NCBI GenBank assembly: GCA_010015585.1
Contig: ML975177.1
Strand: one strand, 5' to 3'
DNA length: 64,000 nt
Source of the DNA: Eremomyces bilateralis CBS 781.70
Lineage: Eukaryota
The position numbers and the translations under genes were made by a program. The notes under the pieces were generated by a model that was given only the letters and a program-made list of their open reading frames with translations, was not told the origin of the DNA and ran no database searches. Position 1 is the first letter of the stretch. The number at the start of each line of letters is the position of its first letter. This document shows, one piece after another, positions 36,842 to 49,179 of this stretch.

Positions 36842-38977
36842 TTAGGCCGGTATGGAGTGCCTCACGCGTTCCAGGATTTGAAGCTTCGGCTCCATCTTGA
36901 CCTCAACCCAATATCCTCGAGTGAGATGGACTCGGCTCCATGCTTCAACGGCGCTGTAAAGTTCATCCCACTGCTTCTCGCTCATGGCGCCACTCCAGAC
37001 CTTGGGCGCGATCTCCGTCACATAGGTCTTCCATTGCCCCACAGTGTCCAACCTGGGGGCGTTTCCGCTGCCTTTGCTCACAATATCCTGCAGCACTTCT
37101 TCTGCTGCTTCGATTACCCCAGCGCCTTCTTGGCCTTCCTTGACCCGCTGTTGCGAGGTAAACGGCATCTTCCCGGAGCCGTTTTCACCGGGTCTAAGGA
37201 TGCTTAATCCCGCGTAAGAGTAAACGGTATCAAGGGTATTCCAAGCTCCGATCAATTGCTCCGGCCGTTCCACGATCGCAAAGTCGAACTGCGACCAGAA
37301 TTCCGGATCGAGCGTTTGCGTTGCATTATCCGTTTTGTCGATTTCGAGCGTGACGACGGCCGGGTTGGTGTCGGCGCCGCGACGGAGCACGATGGCCCCG
37401 GACGTCAGGAAGCGGGTTATGCCGGTTTGCAGCGCCAGATTGCTGGCCCAGATGTTGATGGGAACGGGACGAAGCGGCTTCGCTGGGTCGTGAGGTGGCA
37501 GAGTAGAGGCATAGGTCGGGTCGGTGAGAAGGTGATGGCGGAGGGTGACTAAGGCGGTACCTCCGGGATAGTTCATGGTTGAAAGGAAAAGGGTAGCTCC
37601 GGATACGATCGCTGTGAGAGAGACAGATAACAAAAGTATCCACCATTGGAGAGTAGCTGAGAAGGTGCGCCGAGGGACTTTGCTGGAAGTAGGTCTAGTG
37701 TTTGATGTCGACTTTTTCGGCTCGGTGAGTCGAGCTGCCCCAATCGCAGCAATCCCCGTGAGGATGGGAGAAACATATACGATGAACCGCCATTCTTTAT
37801 GGCCGACGAAGCTCATGCCTGCGATAAAGAGCAGGCATGGCCATGCCATCGATCTGGCGCGGGGAGACAGTAAAAGTGCAGTGGGAATGCAGATGATGTA
37901 AGTCAATGGGTTCAGGAGAAGCCCTGGGACAGCGGACGACAAATAGAAATGCCATGGAGCGATACCCCAGTCCGATGCATTTCCATTAATAACATTGAAC
38001 TTCAAAGCAGCCAATTCCGGCCACAGCGCAGCATCTTGGAGCTTACCAAAGTTTTCACGTGCGATCCGAGGGAATCCTTGGGAGATGTCATGGTATGCCG
38101 GGAACCACAACATTGTGTCTAGCGGAAGACAGTATACAAGGCCATAGCACAGCCCGACGAAGATGGGACTGATGGCCACATTGTACGCCGTGGATAAAAG
38201 CTGCGAGGTGGATCTGTTCGCAGCCGGCGTGCGCTTCCAGGTCCATAGCACACTCGACAGGCTCATCGGAATCAGAAGTAGCGCAATCTCCGAGCGAACG
38301 ACCGTGGCCACCAATGCCAAGTAGTAGAGGCAGCTTTGGTATTTCTTCTGCGCCGTCGTTGGCTCCGCTGCCGATATCGCCTGAACGAAGAGGCTCGACG
38401 CATATGTCGTGAGCCCAAAAGCGAACATATTCGGCACCGTCCGCGAGGCGTAGTAGTTCACGCGGAACTGGGACGCCTGGAATAACGCGAACCAGGTGCC
38501 GGCCGCCGTTCCGAACGCCGTGTCCATGGTTTCCAACAAATGAAGCAGAGAGAGCGAATTGACCAGGCCCAAGATCCCTCGGACTAGGGGGCATCAGCAT
38601 CGCGATCCGTAGGCGGACACTCAGCAGACGTACCTGCGACTTGCTTTAACAGTGGCGTTCTTACAAAACCGAGAGGAAGAAAGGATGCGACTGAGAGGAT
38701 AATCGGGCCAATGAATGAACGAGGCACGGCGCCCGGGAACGAAACATGATCAAAGGACTCGGCAATGGCGGTCACGTTCCCCAGCGGCATGCCATAGCTG
38801 GTGATATCATGGACGGCTTGGATACCGAACGACTCTTCCACCTTCGTAAATGAAGAAAAGTACAAGTGAACGAAGATAGAAGTAGGTATCAAAAGGCTGA
38901 CCAGAACATCTTGAGTGTCTGTTAGCATCGAATGGCGAACTCGATGGCAGGAGTAACATACCAAGAGGGAGAGCCAT
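36842..38977 (-). CDS. ALG12: Dol-P-Man alpha-1,6-mannosyltransferase (GT22)
   Basis: ATG at 38977, two introns. TKVEESFGIQAVHD, FDHVSFPGAVPRSF, SQF...YASRTVPNMFA, HKEWRFIVY, NYPGG, QTGITRF. Confidence 0.92.
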
Positions 38978-39430
38978 GGTTGCCAAGAAGCACGCGTATT
39001 GACGAAGGTAAGGCGGTGAATAATTACAATATTGTTCTTTTCATGCTGGTCCTCATCAGGGGAGCAAGTTCAACCGCGCTCGAAGTGACGGGTTGAAATT
39101 AGCTTGTCATGTTTTGTACGCGTCGCTCAGATTGTAAGCTTGGTTGAGTTGAGAGGGTTCTCAGGAGTTATCACTGAACAGGAAGCTCATATCGCTAACT
39201 AGGGCCTGGGCAAGGTCACAAGGCAACGAGGCATCCAATATCGAACGTGTCCATGCCCATCCGTCCCAAGGCCGCCAATGTTCACACTTCATCAATGGTC
39301 AAACGCTCAAAGCTGATGGTGAGCGAGCTTCAGATCCAGTTGGTCTTCCAGAGAACAGTTTTCCTGTCCAGATCTCTCTTCTGTTGACTCTAATCCCTCG
39401 AAAACCTTGCTCCCTTCCACGCCGAACACC

Positions 39431-39879
39431 ATGTTTTTCGGATTCGGAAACATCATATACAGTATGACAACCCGAGTGTCTATGTTGCCCTCAATTCTAA
39501 CATCTTTCAGTCTGTGTGCTCGTCACAAATGCAGTCACGATACTAAGCGAAGACCGGTTCCTCGCCAGAGGTAGCCTCGATCCATCTGCCACCTGATACC
39601 TCTGAGCTAACGTGTGCCTCTGCAGTGGGATGGAGCGGCGCACCGATCGACGCGGGATTTGGAGGGCAGGCGGACACCTCGAGCGTCACGGCGAAGATGC
39701 TGAGCCTGATGACGAGCATTAGGATGGTGGTCCGAGGTACGTGGGAGCGTGTTGGGCCGTCCGCGATTCTATCAATTTGCTTTTGGAGTGTGGATGTGAC
39801 ATGGCTAACCGGACTCCGCGCAGTTCCCCTCATCGCGCTTAACATCTTCATAATCATATACGAGCTCATCCTCGGGTGA
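39431..39879 (+). CDS. YOS1: Yos1/IER3IP1 ER-Golgi trafficking membrane protein
   Basis: Four exons splice to MFFGFGNIIY|ICVLVTNAVTILSEDRFLAR|VGWS...|PLIALNIFIIIYELILG*. Confidence 0.9.
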
Positions 39880-40214
39880 GGGGGGGTTATTTATATCAAG
39901 TTCGAGGGTACATTATTCGAAGCGTCCGACGTGTTATGAGCCAGCAGTCGACCGCGCCGGTCGTGCTTTCAGGGACGCCTGTTCCGAGCTCCGACTAAGG
40001 GACGCCGAGCCTCGACATAGCGCCAGAAGTACGGCCTCTATGAGAAACGCACAACGGCAGGGAGGGGGCAAGCTTCGTTCACGGTGTTCAAGTGCCTGGG
40101 ATATGTCCGAGAATGGGATGAGAGTACTGGAGGAGTATGGCCGGATCGGGGTGGGAGTGACGAGACACATAGGAGCAAACGAGGCGTCGGACGACGATGC
40201 AGGAGATCAATCGA

Positions 40215-41136
40215 TTACTTCACCTGCTGTTTATGTTCATCTTTGCGTATCTGCCCCGCGGCTGGGCTCGTCCTCTTCTTAAATTCCATCGGCGTTTCCC
40301 GCTTCTCCGCCCGTCCAACCATCTTCTTCCAAACTGACGGCTCCTTCCACAAGCCGATGCCTCGCGCCTTTGCGGTGGCCTCCGCCCCCCGATACTTCCC
40401 CTCCTCCCCCCCAAACTCCGCCCCATACTTCCCCTCATACACCGTCGCCAGCCCGCGCCGCAGCATCTCTAGCCCCACGTCTTTCCGCCGAAACCACCGC
40501 CGCACATACACCGTGCCGACGAGCCGCTCGTACTGATCGCGGCGGTAGACGTGCGCCCGCACGCGGCGGTGGAGGAGGTAGGACGCGAGCCAGCGGCGCG
40601 CTTCGTCGCCGAAGGGCTGGGCGGTGCGGCCGAAGTGGGCGCATTCAGGGGCGTCGACGCCGGCGAGACGGATGTGGATCTGGGGGGCGGTTAGCTACCG
40701 AGATGTAATGTCGGCTGTCGCTGCTTGGTAGAGTTTAACGTACCGTCTTCGAACTGAGTTCCCGGCTCTTGGTCGGGACTATCCTCCCCGGAAGCCATCC
40801 CCAGCCCGCCAGCCGCCCGCCCGGCGTGTGAAAGATGCGCACGTTGTCGCCATCGCCGACGCTGGTGACCTTGCCGAATACGCTCCGCTTGCGGAATTGG
40901 TCAGGCGGGAAGTAGCCCGCGTTCGGGATGCGGCGGAGATAGCGTCGGTAGAGGCCTATGAGGGAGAGGGTGGTGGTCGTAAAGAGGACGCCGAAGAGGA
41001 GGGTCTTAGGGTCGGTGTAATGGGTCCAATCGGTGGGATGGAGGGGAGGAGGGGAGGAGTCAGTGTTTGGGGGGTTCACTGCAGTAGAGAGATTGTTTTT
41101 CTTTTCTTCATCATTCTCGGAGCGGAACCATCGCAT
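40215..41136 (-). CDS. LCL3: Staphylococcal-nuclease-like endonuclease Lcl3
   Basis: N-terminal TM segment, [16 protein letters not shown], intron 40680-40743, [27 protein letters not shown]. Confidence 0.9.
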
Positions 41137-41557
41137 GGCTGTATGGCCGTTCTACAATCTACAGGTAGATTGTGGGGGAGTTGAGATGATGTGCAGCCCT
41201 TGGAAACTGTTAGGGATTCGGGGTGGAGCTGGAGCTCTGACCAGGCACAAGCCAACAACGACCATTGGTATATGAATTATGATGCTCAGGTTACTGTCTC
41301 GGATTACAGATTCAGACTGAGAATAGGACGACATGCGTTATATCACAGGCTTCGACATGATAAAACCGTTAGTGATGGAGAAACCTGGGGAAACCCAGCT
41401 CCTGCTACCCCCATGAACGACCAGTCGGGCATCTGAATGTCGTCACCTCCAAAATGCGAGGTAGAGAAAATGATCCTGACACGAAGTCGATTCTCTATCA
41501 ATGAGGATCGGACAGACCAATCCAAGGTGTCTAGCTCTTATACATCATTCATACATG

Positions 41558-42784
41558 CTACTTCGACCCCAAAGGCTTATCTTCATCGCCCTCACTCGCA
41601 TCCCCTAGATCAAACACGTCCCCGATTTCCGTCGCATCTTCCACACCGTCTCGAGGGATTGGATCATCCGCATCAAGGAAACCCTCCTCATTATAATCAT
41701 CCCGATATTGCTCATGCAATGAGATATCATCGATATCCTCCCTGATCACCTCCGCCGCGTACCCCGCCTCCGGATCATCTTCGTACTCCCTCGCCAGCTC
41801 CTCCTCCGACTCCCGCGCGATCCTCGTCCGCTCCTCGCCCTCCAACTGCTGCGCGCGCTTCTTCGTCTGCCGGTAGATAAACCACCCGGTGAAGGCCCCC
41901 GCGAGGATCCCGATCAAGATACTTAGATAGCTCACCGCGCGGGTCTTCGCGTCCATCTTCTCCCCATTATCACCAATCTCGCGCAGCTTCGCGCCCACAA
42001 AGACGGCGAGCATCAGCCGCGGCGAGGCGATGGCGGTGGCGCCCATCATGCCGGCCCAGTGGACGGTGGGGATGGTGGCGATGGCGCCGTTGGCGAGGGA
42101 GTAGGGGAGGGGGCAGAGGCGGATCATGACGAGGAGCTTGAGGCCGTCGTGCTTGAGGGTGAGGGCGAGGGCGGCGAAGCGGGGGTCGGCGGCGAGCTTT
42201 TTGGAGAGGTTGCGGAGGAAGGCGCGGGAGACGATGAAGGACATGGTGGAGCCGAGGATGGTGGACGTGGCGGCGATGAACCAGCTGTTGGTAAAGACGT
42301 TAGAACCCGGGGATGTTGGGCGGCAGAGAGGATTGTCGACATACCCGTTAGGAAACCCAAAAACAAATCCCGCAATGGCTAAGAACGTGGAATACCCGAT
42401 CAACGGAGGGACAGAGACGATAAACATCAGCACCCATAATATCAGCCAGCCGGCTGGCAGATCTCCCCATTTCTTCGCCCACGGCGCCAACCAGACGAAG
42501 ATTCTCTCATTGTATATCAACAACAGTACGGTCAACACCACGGTGACGATCCCCAATATTATCACCAGTATCTTCTGTATGAACGACAACCGGTCAAACG
42601 TCCGCAACGCTCGGAGCTGGAGCTGGTTGTACTGTCGCAGGAATCGCTTCTGGAAGGATTCCGGCGGGCGGGAGTAGGAGCGCGAGTCCCGCCGTTCGAG
42701 GAAGGGTGAGGTCACGCCGCTGATGCGCTCCCAGACCGGCGATGTCGAGCGTTCCCGACTATACAATCTGACCGGACCGGGCAT
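41558..42784 (-). CDS. TVP38: Golgi SNARE-associated membrane protein Tvp38 (DedA/VTT domain)
   Basis: PPLIGYS, GFVFGFPNG|WF, MIRLCPLPYS. In-frame intron at about 42285-42343, acidic tail. Confidence 0.88.
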   Translation of the reverse strand: MPGPVRLYSRERSTSPVWERISGVTSPFLERRDSRSYSRPPESFQKRFLRQYNQLQLRALRTFDRLSFIQKILVIILGIVTVVLTVLLLIYNERIFVWLAPWAKKWGDLPAGWLILWVLMFIVSVPPLIGYSTFLAIAGFVFGFPNGYVDNPLCRPTSPGSNVFTNSWFIAATSTILGSTMSFIVSRAFLRNLSKKLAADPRFAALALTLKHDGLKLLVMIRLCPLPYSLANGAIATIPTVHWAGMMGATAIASPRLMLAVFVGAKLREIGDNGEKMDAKTRAVSYLSILIGILAGAFTGWFIYRQTKKRAQQLEGEERTRIARESEEELAREYEDDPEAGYAAEVIREDIDDISLHEQYRDDYNEEGFLDADDPIPRDGVEDATEIGDVFDLGDASEGDEDKPLGSK

Positions 42785-43747
42785 GGCGAGGCGCGGGCGA
42801 GGGAGACGGTATGTCGCGGATGTGGAGGGGTTGGTTACGCGACCATGGATTCTGGATCATATGGAAAGATAAAGGAAGGGGATGGCAAGATCTCGGTGTG
42901 TAAATGCGGAATGAAACCCAAAACTATAGGAGGCGGTTGGGACGAGAAGGAGAAGATGTCATGATACAATCGGTTGGGCGTTGAAAGTTGAAAGTCCGTA
43001 TCGTCAGCGTCAGCAATTGCGGCGGAGGATATGGGGGCCAGGAAACGGCTGAGAGCCTGAGACGCCGTGTTTTAGCGGTTTTAGCGTCCAGATGAATCCA
43101 GAGTATTATCATTTATCAAATATCAAATATCTACTTTTCAAGTCGGATGGACTGATGGAGACTTCATATTCCGACACAAATCCTCAGACTTTGTTCTTCG
43201 TTCATCGGCCATTCTCGTCATTACCTGGAATTAGCCCGTACACCTTGTCCCGATTCCCAACGCCACGAGCACCGGAGCCAGGGAAAAGTCAAGCTAAAAA
43301 TACGATACCCTGTAATAAACGCTTTAATTACAGTACCGTATTAATTCAGAATTACCCCACGTTCCTCAGGTGTCGAAGCCCGAGTTTCCTTACCAGAAGC
43401 TGGTGAATGGTGATACTGTGGTACTCCGCTACTGAGCCGTACCTCGCCCTTCTCCCTCCTCCCTCCTGCGTCCCCAACCTTCGTTGCAGGTTGGAAAAGG
43501 TGTTCGCGGTTGCGATCGGTTGCGTAACGACTGCTGCACATCCGGTTCGCAGCTCGCTACCGTCCGTCGCTACTCCATTCACCACGTCGTAGTACACCAT
43601 CCGGCATTCTGCACGCTCCGTATAACCCCCCATCTTCCATCCGCCCTTCACACTTCACCCACAACCAATCCTATCTCACTTCACTTTCTGTTGCGTCTCA
43701 CGGAACCATGCTATGACAAAGACGCTGAAGTCCCTTGAAGCAGCACC

Positions 43748-46140
43748 ATGATAACCGACGAGCACTACGAGCTCTGCCTCCCCATTCTCCTCGACAAGAA
43801 GCTCGCCGATGATGAGAAATCCGACAAGCTCGAAGAGCTCCTCCGTTCGCAATTCCAGATCTCCGGCAAAGCCCTCGAAGATGCCGTTCTCGACGCGTTG
43901 TGGCGCTTCACCAGCGCCAGCAACGGTGCCTCGTCGCCGCCTCCATCCCGACATACGGTGATCCGACGACCCTCCCCAGCACCATGGCAAGCTGCCCGAG
44001 CTCCCACTCCCCTCTCCTCATCCCCACGATTGATCGGGCCCCCACCGGGCTTTGCGCGCGCGAAGTCCTCCACCGCCTCACCCTTCACCTCCCCACGACC
44101 GTCGCCGCGAATGGGACTTGCGACGCCCCACATCCCGCACAGCCCGAGTCTGAACGCGTATGAGTTCTCGGACTCGAGCCCGGCGCCGGACATCTATGGC
44201 GACTACGGGAGCGATACCGTAGACTGGCTGGTCAATGAGGACGGGACGAGCCCACCGTCGTCGTACGCCGGGGAGGCGGGCGGCAGTCCGTTCGTGTCGG
44301 ACTGGATGGGGGGGCAGATGATGGAGATGAGCCCGTACGATATGATACGGTCAATCTTGCGCGACGAGCGGACCGACGAAGATATCGAAAGAGCTTTGGA
44401 GGGGAACAACTACGACTTGAGTGCCACTATCATGGCGTTGATGGGACCGCAGGTGTTTGAGCAGCCCGCGATACTGGCAGATGATAAGACGTTTCTTGTG
44501 GGCAAGTCCATGAGTCCTTCAGTCCGCCCTTCGACCCCTGCCGGGCAACAAAAGTCCAGTATCATTTGCAAGTACTGGCTCCAAACCGGCCATTGTGCAC
44601 GAGCCGACTGCCGGTTCTCCCATGACCCTTCGAAGACCGTTTGCAAGTAAGTCTAGCATTACGACCTTCGTCCAGCTCGGTACTGATACAAGCAGGTACT
44701 GGATGTCCGGTAATTGTTTAGCTGCCGACTCGTGCTTGTTCAGCCATGACCCAAGTACGCTGGTGGCTCGGATGACGCTCGAGGGAATCGACGGCACGCC
44801 TCCGACGCACGTCATTCCGCCCAACTTCCACGTCCAAGACTACGAAACCTTCCCAACCCTTCAAACCGGCACCCCCGAAGCGTTTCCTATCTTCCAACCG
44901 TCCATGCAAACCTTCGAGCACATCTACCAATCCGCCCACTCCAGCTCCTCCCCGATCCCCACATTCAACCCGTTCGCCAACTTCGTCCCGTCGTCGAGCC
45001 GTCCGCAGTCACGCCCGGGGAGCCGCCACGCGTCTCGCGTGCCCACCCCATCCATCCCCGCCGTGGACGACAACGAAGCGTTCCCGACTCTGGGCTCCAT
45101 CGGCGCCAAAGCGGGGAAGAAACATCACGGCAAACGCGGCCACGGTCACCATGGCCACAAGGAGAACGGCGGACCGAGCTCGCTCGCCGACCTGGTCAAG
45201 ATGTCGCCCAGCCCGGGTCCCGCGCAGCTGCGCAAGGGTGCGCGCAATTTGAGTGCGCGGAACCTGAGCGGCATGAGCAATGCGGGTAAGGAGAGTAGCG
45301 CGGCGGCGATGGCCATTCCCCCGCCGGAGCATATTCCATGGTTGGAGACGGGCGATGCGGTCAACAAGGCGTATATGAAAGCCCGAACCGAGGCGTTCAA
45401 GCATGGAGGTCTGCGCAACAAGTTTCTGCAAAGGTGAGTACTCGTCAAACACCCAACGGGCGTTTGATTTGTCGAGCCCACTACTTTCAACACCGGATTC
45501 TGACTTGATACAGTGCTTCACAGGCATGGGCTCGCTCCGATTCCCGCGCCGCCAAAGCCCTCAGCCTCCGCGGCCAAAACGAGAACAACCTCATGCGCGA
45601 GGCCCATAAACACGCCGCCCGCATCCTCTACGAGGAGCGCAACAAGAACTCCCGCTCCTCCACCCGGGAGATCTACGTCGACCTGCACGGTAAGTGATCT
45701 CCGCCATTCCAATCGTCGGCGACCACGACGAACGGCGCACTAACAGGGAACCAGGCCTCCATCCCGATGAAGCGATTTCTTATCTTTCCCGCTGCCTCCG
45801 CGACCACGACAATCCCCTCGCCAACTCCGGCACCCCCCGCCCCCTCTACGCCATCACCGGCACCGGCCACCACTCGAAAGGCGGCAAGGACAAGGTCGGC
45901 AAGGCGGTCCGCGCGTTCCTCACCGAGTGGCGGTTCGCGTGGCGCGATTTCGACGTCCCCGGGGACCACCGCGGCATGGGCGGCGTATTGGGCGTCGATC
46001 CTACGAGTTGGGATCGCGGGTTGGGGGAGTGGGATGGGGGAGTGTTGAAGCGGAAGGATGGAGGGGGAGAAGGGAGGAGGCCAGAGAGTAGTGGGGGGAA
46101 GGTGAGGATACTGAAGGCCGAGGATGCGGAGAAGCGGTAG
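43748..46140 (+). CDS. CUE/UBA-like + tandem CCCH zinc finger + Smr domain protein
   Basis: CKYWLQTGHCARADCRFSH and CK|YWMSGNCLAADSCLFSH. DUF1771-like helix, then VDLHG|LHPDEA and ITGTGHHS (Smr). Three introns. Confidence 0.88.
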
Positions 46141-46416
46141 ACTCGCGACCAAGCCCGTCCGTGAAATGGAACTTGATCAGATGCGTTGATTGAGATAGGA
46201 ACCTGTTCTTCTCTAGGAGGACAGTCGACGGCATATCCGTCAGGAATGAAACCAGAATTTCAAAACTCGAGGATTTCTCCGCTTGAGAAATACGATTGAT
46301 CTAAAATCTTTGAGCAGCATCGCTCCCCGTCCTATAAGGACTCCTATTACCTAAACCCGAGCACCCAACCATACCCCAAGAACTCCTCCCAAACAAGCAA
46401 GCCGCCAAGTTCAAGA

Positions 46417-46677
46417 TCACTTCGAGACAGGCTTCGTTTCAGTGCCACATTGCTCTACCCGTGGTCGCTTTGGACAAGGTGGAATAACCGGCGGCTTGAT
46501 CAGAGATCAGTACAAATTCCCCTTTAATCATGATTGATTTGTAGTAATGGAACGGATCGAACTCACTTTAATAGGTCGTCTCGGCACCTGTGCATTTAAC
46601 TGGCCCTCGGGCTGTCGCCATCGCTCGCTGGAAGGGAAGTAGTATGGACTCTGAGTGCGGAGATTGAAATATTCCAT
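46417..46677 (-). CDS. Candidate small spliced protein (62 aa), unknown function
   Basis: TATATAAA at 46761-68 (minus), AAAATGG start, GTGAGT donor at 46566, CTGAT branch and AAG acceptor at 46495, in-frame exon 2 to TGA at 46417. Confidence 0.35.
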
Positions 46678-47211
46678 TTTGTAGGTTATAATGGTTGTCG
46701 TGAGGTCAATTTGGCTTGGGTTGGTCGTTTCAAAATATATCAATGTACATTTCTAGGGGATTTATATACCGTCTTTCAGCTTACGTAGAAGGGGAACTAA
46801 GTGATGCGCCGTTCAGCCCTGCTGACGTATGTCTGCAAGACTAAGAGGCCGCGCTGGCCGCTGGGCTGCTTATCTACTCTATTTTCGGTTGGGATGCGAG
46901 GGTGCCATTGGATGGCCTCCGGAGCGAGTCTGGAGCCTTACCGCGCCCGAGGAGGTGTAAAGGACATGTTCTGAAGGACGGGAATTTCACGTTGGCAGAA
47001 ATGGTCGGTGAGACATAGGTTCGGTAGGGAGACGAGTTCAACATACATGTGGTTGATGGTGGTTATTTCAGCTGAACCAGCGTGTATATAAGGAGAAAGC
47101 AATGCGATAGGCGGTCATGCAAGGGACGTATATGCATGCATCAGGTCATCCTCGATCATGCCGTCGTCACTCGTGCGTTCATATCGTTAGGTCATAACAA
47201 TTTCACCGTCG

Positions 47212-49179
47212 CTACAACCCTCCCGGCCACCGAAAGAGGGTATAATCCCCCAACGCACTCGGAACCCGCCCCCCCTGACCTCCGCTCCCATCCCCTACCG
47301 CCCCCGCCCGCTCCATCCCCGCGGCCCAAACCGTCCGATATCGATCAATTACCTCCCCTCCATACTCACTCCCACTCTCGCTCCCCGCATCGCCATCCAT
47401 CCCCGCAGGATCCCGCGCTGATGGTATCCCCGACACCGCGTCCGTCGATCCACGCCCGCTGTGAAACGGCGGAACCCGCCGCAGCTCCGGCGTCCGCTTG
47501 AGGATCCGGTGGTTGTTCGTCGCCGGTCCCGCGGGCACGCCCCGCAGCGCGAGAGGCTGGATGGAGGGCATTGGGAGGGAGTGGATGGGGCTGCGGGGGT
47601 GGATACGCTGGGCGATGGAGGTGCTGGGGCGGGGGGGAGGCCGGATGGTGGAGGGGAGATGGGGGACGGAGGAGGAGGCGCGGTGGGTGGCGAGGTGGAC
47701 AAATTCGGGAAGAGGGGGGATGGGGGGGTGAGGATCGCTGCGGGAGGAGTTGCGGGCGGATGGGGGATTTCGGTGCGTATCCAATGCCGGCGGCACGGTC
47801 CGTTTTCGCAGCTCGAGGTCTGTCGTGGATGCGCTTGGCCTCATCGGCACCTCGGACGGCAGGGGCAAAGGCCGAAGAGCTGATGCAATTCGTGGCGGCG
47901 CTTCAGGGGATGCAGGTTCGCTGTCTCCGCCGGGCAACCGCGCCTTTTCCATCGTGGCCGGTGAGATCGGCGGAGTGGGCGGTGGTGGAGACCTCGACTT
48001 TCGCGGCGGAGGAGGGGATCTCGAGCGGCGCGTCTGAGAGTTTGACCGGTTCATCGGTCGCGATCGGGTTCGAGGCGGGATGGTAATCATCGGTCGCGAT
48101 CGAGACTGTCGTGGTGGACGAGGAGTCGTTAATGGAGGAGGGGGAGTCGGGACGCGGGCGGGTTTGAGTTTCGCAGCGCAAGACTTGGCGCGCATAGGAT
48201 CTTTTTCAAACGGTCCTCGTGAAAAGGGCTGGTAACCATCTTCTAAGCTTTGATCGGCTTTACCATGATTCCTTGCTGTTCCACGGTCCATTTGTGTCGG
48301 CAGCTTCTGCTCGGCGAGTCTCGGGGGTGAGTGTGGGTCTACCGCCGTGATAGCTGAAACGGCCGAAATGCTGGAGTTTAGAGAAGGTGAAAAAGATAGT
48401 GGAGGGAGAGACGGGGCAAATGGTGACGGTGAGGTGTGGAGAACATCTTGTGATGCTGCAAGGGGGCTCGGTTCTGGTGTAACCCTTGACATGCTTGACG
48501 GTGAGGATCCTAAGGAAACCAGCTGTCGCCGCGAATGCGGCCGTGACATATCCAGGGAAGTCTCGCATGAAGCTCCAGCCGAATCTGCGTGCGATGACTC
48601 CTGAACATTGCGGATCGTAGTACTTCTAGGTGCCGTCGTATCGAACTTTGGCATCGCCGTATCCCCTTCCAACTCTTGAGGGCCGTCCGTCTGGATTTCC
48701 CTGACGGGGATCGCAAGTGCGTCACCGAGTTCGACCCGTATGCCATCCGTTCTCAGTTCCGACACGCTGTATTGACTGTCTTTGCGGCGCTTCTCTATCC
48801 CTTCTGAGTCGTGCGATCTAAACTCCTCATTATGATCCTCGCTCTTGCGCCTCTTATTCTTCCTTGCTCGCCATATATAATATGCGATACCCATCACGAG
48901 TGCGACTACCACGAGTCCACCAATGGAAATCCCAGTAATTGCGCGAGTGCTCAAAGGCGTGCCTTGTTCGGGATCGTAACAGCAAGACGAACAGATATCC
49001 TTTATACAGATCCAGTCGTGATCACAGTCGTTCTCATGCGAGCAGGTGTCCCCCAAACAATGACCTGGCCATGTACACACAGGAACTCCATTTTCAACGG
49101 AACTCGGTTCACCAGAGGAAGTCGGAGATAGAAAAGGATCCGTACTCGACCCTGCCTGTCGCGGTAGCATGTTTACCAT
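47212..49179 (-). CDS. Hypothetical single-pass membrane protein: Cys-rich N-terminal module, TM helix, long Pro/Ser/Arg-rich tail
   Basis: 655-aa intronless ORF. CTWPGHCLGDTCSHENDCDHDWICIKDICSSCC, TM AITGISIGGLVVVALVMGIAYYIW followed by RARKNKRRK. Confidence 0.72.
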   Translation of the reverse strand: MVNMLPRQAGSSTDPFLSPTSSGEPSSVENGVPVCTWPGHCLGDTCSHENDCDHDWICIKDICSSCCYDPEQGTPLSTRAITGISIGGLVVVALVMGIAYYIWRARKNKRRKSEDHNEEFRSHDSEGIEKRRKDSQYSVSELRTDGIRVELGDALAIPVREIQTDGPQELEGDTAMPKFDTTAPRSTTIRNVQESSHADSAGASCETSLDMSRPHSRRQLVSLGSSPSSMSRVTPEPSPLAASQDVLHTSPSPFAPSLPPLSFSPSLNSSISAVSAITAVDPHSPPRLAEQKLPTQMDRGTARNHGKADQSLEDGYQPFSRGPFEKDPMRAKSCAAKLKPARVPTPPPPLTTPRPPRQSRSRPMITIPPRTRSRPMNRSNSQTRRSRSPPPPRKSRSPPPPTPPISPATMEKARLPGGDSEPASPEAPPRIASALRPLPLPSEVPMRPSASTTDLELRKRTVPPALDTHRNPPSARNSSRSDPHPPIPPLPEFVHLATHRASSSVPHLPSTIRPPPRPSTSIAQRIHPRSPIHSLPMPSIQPLALRGVPAGPATNNHRILKRTPELRRVPPFHSGRGSTDAVSGIPSARDPAGMDGDAGSESGSEYGGEVIDRYRTVWAAGMERAGAVGDGSGGQGGRVPSALGDYTLFRWPGGL

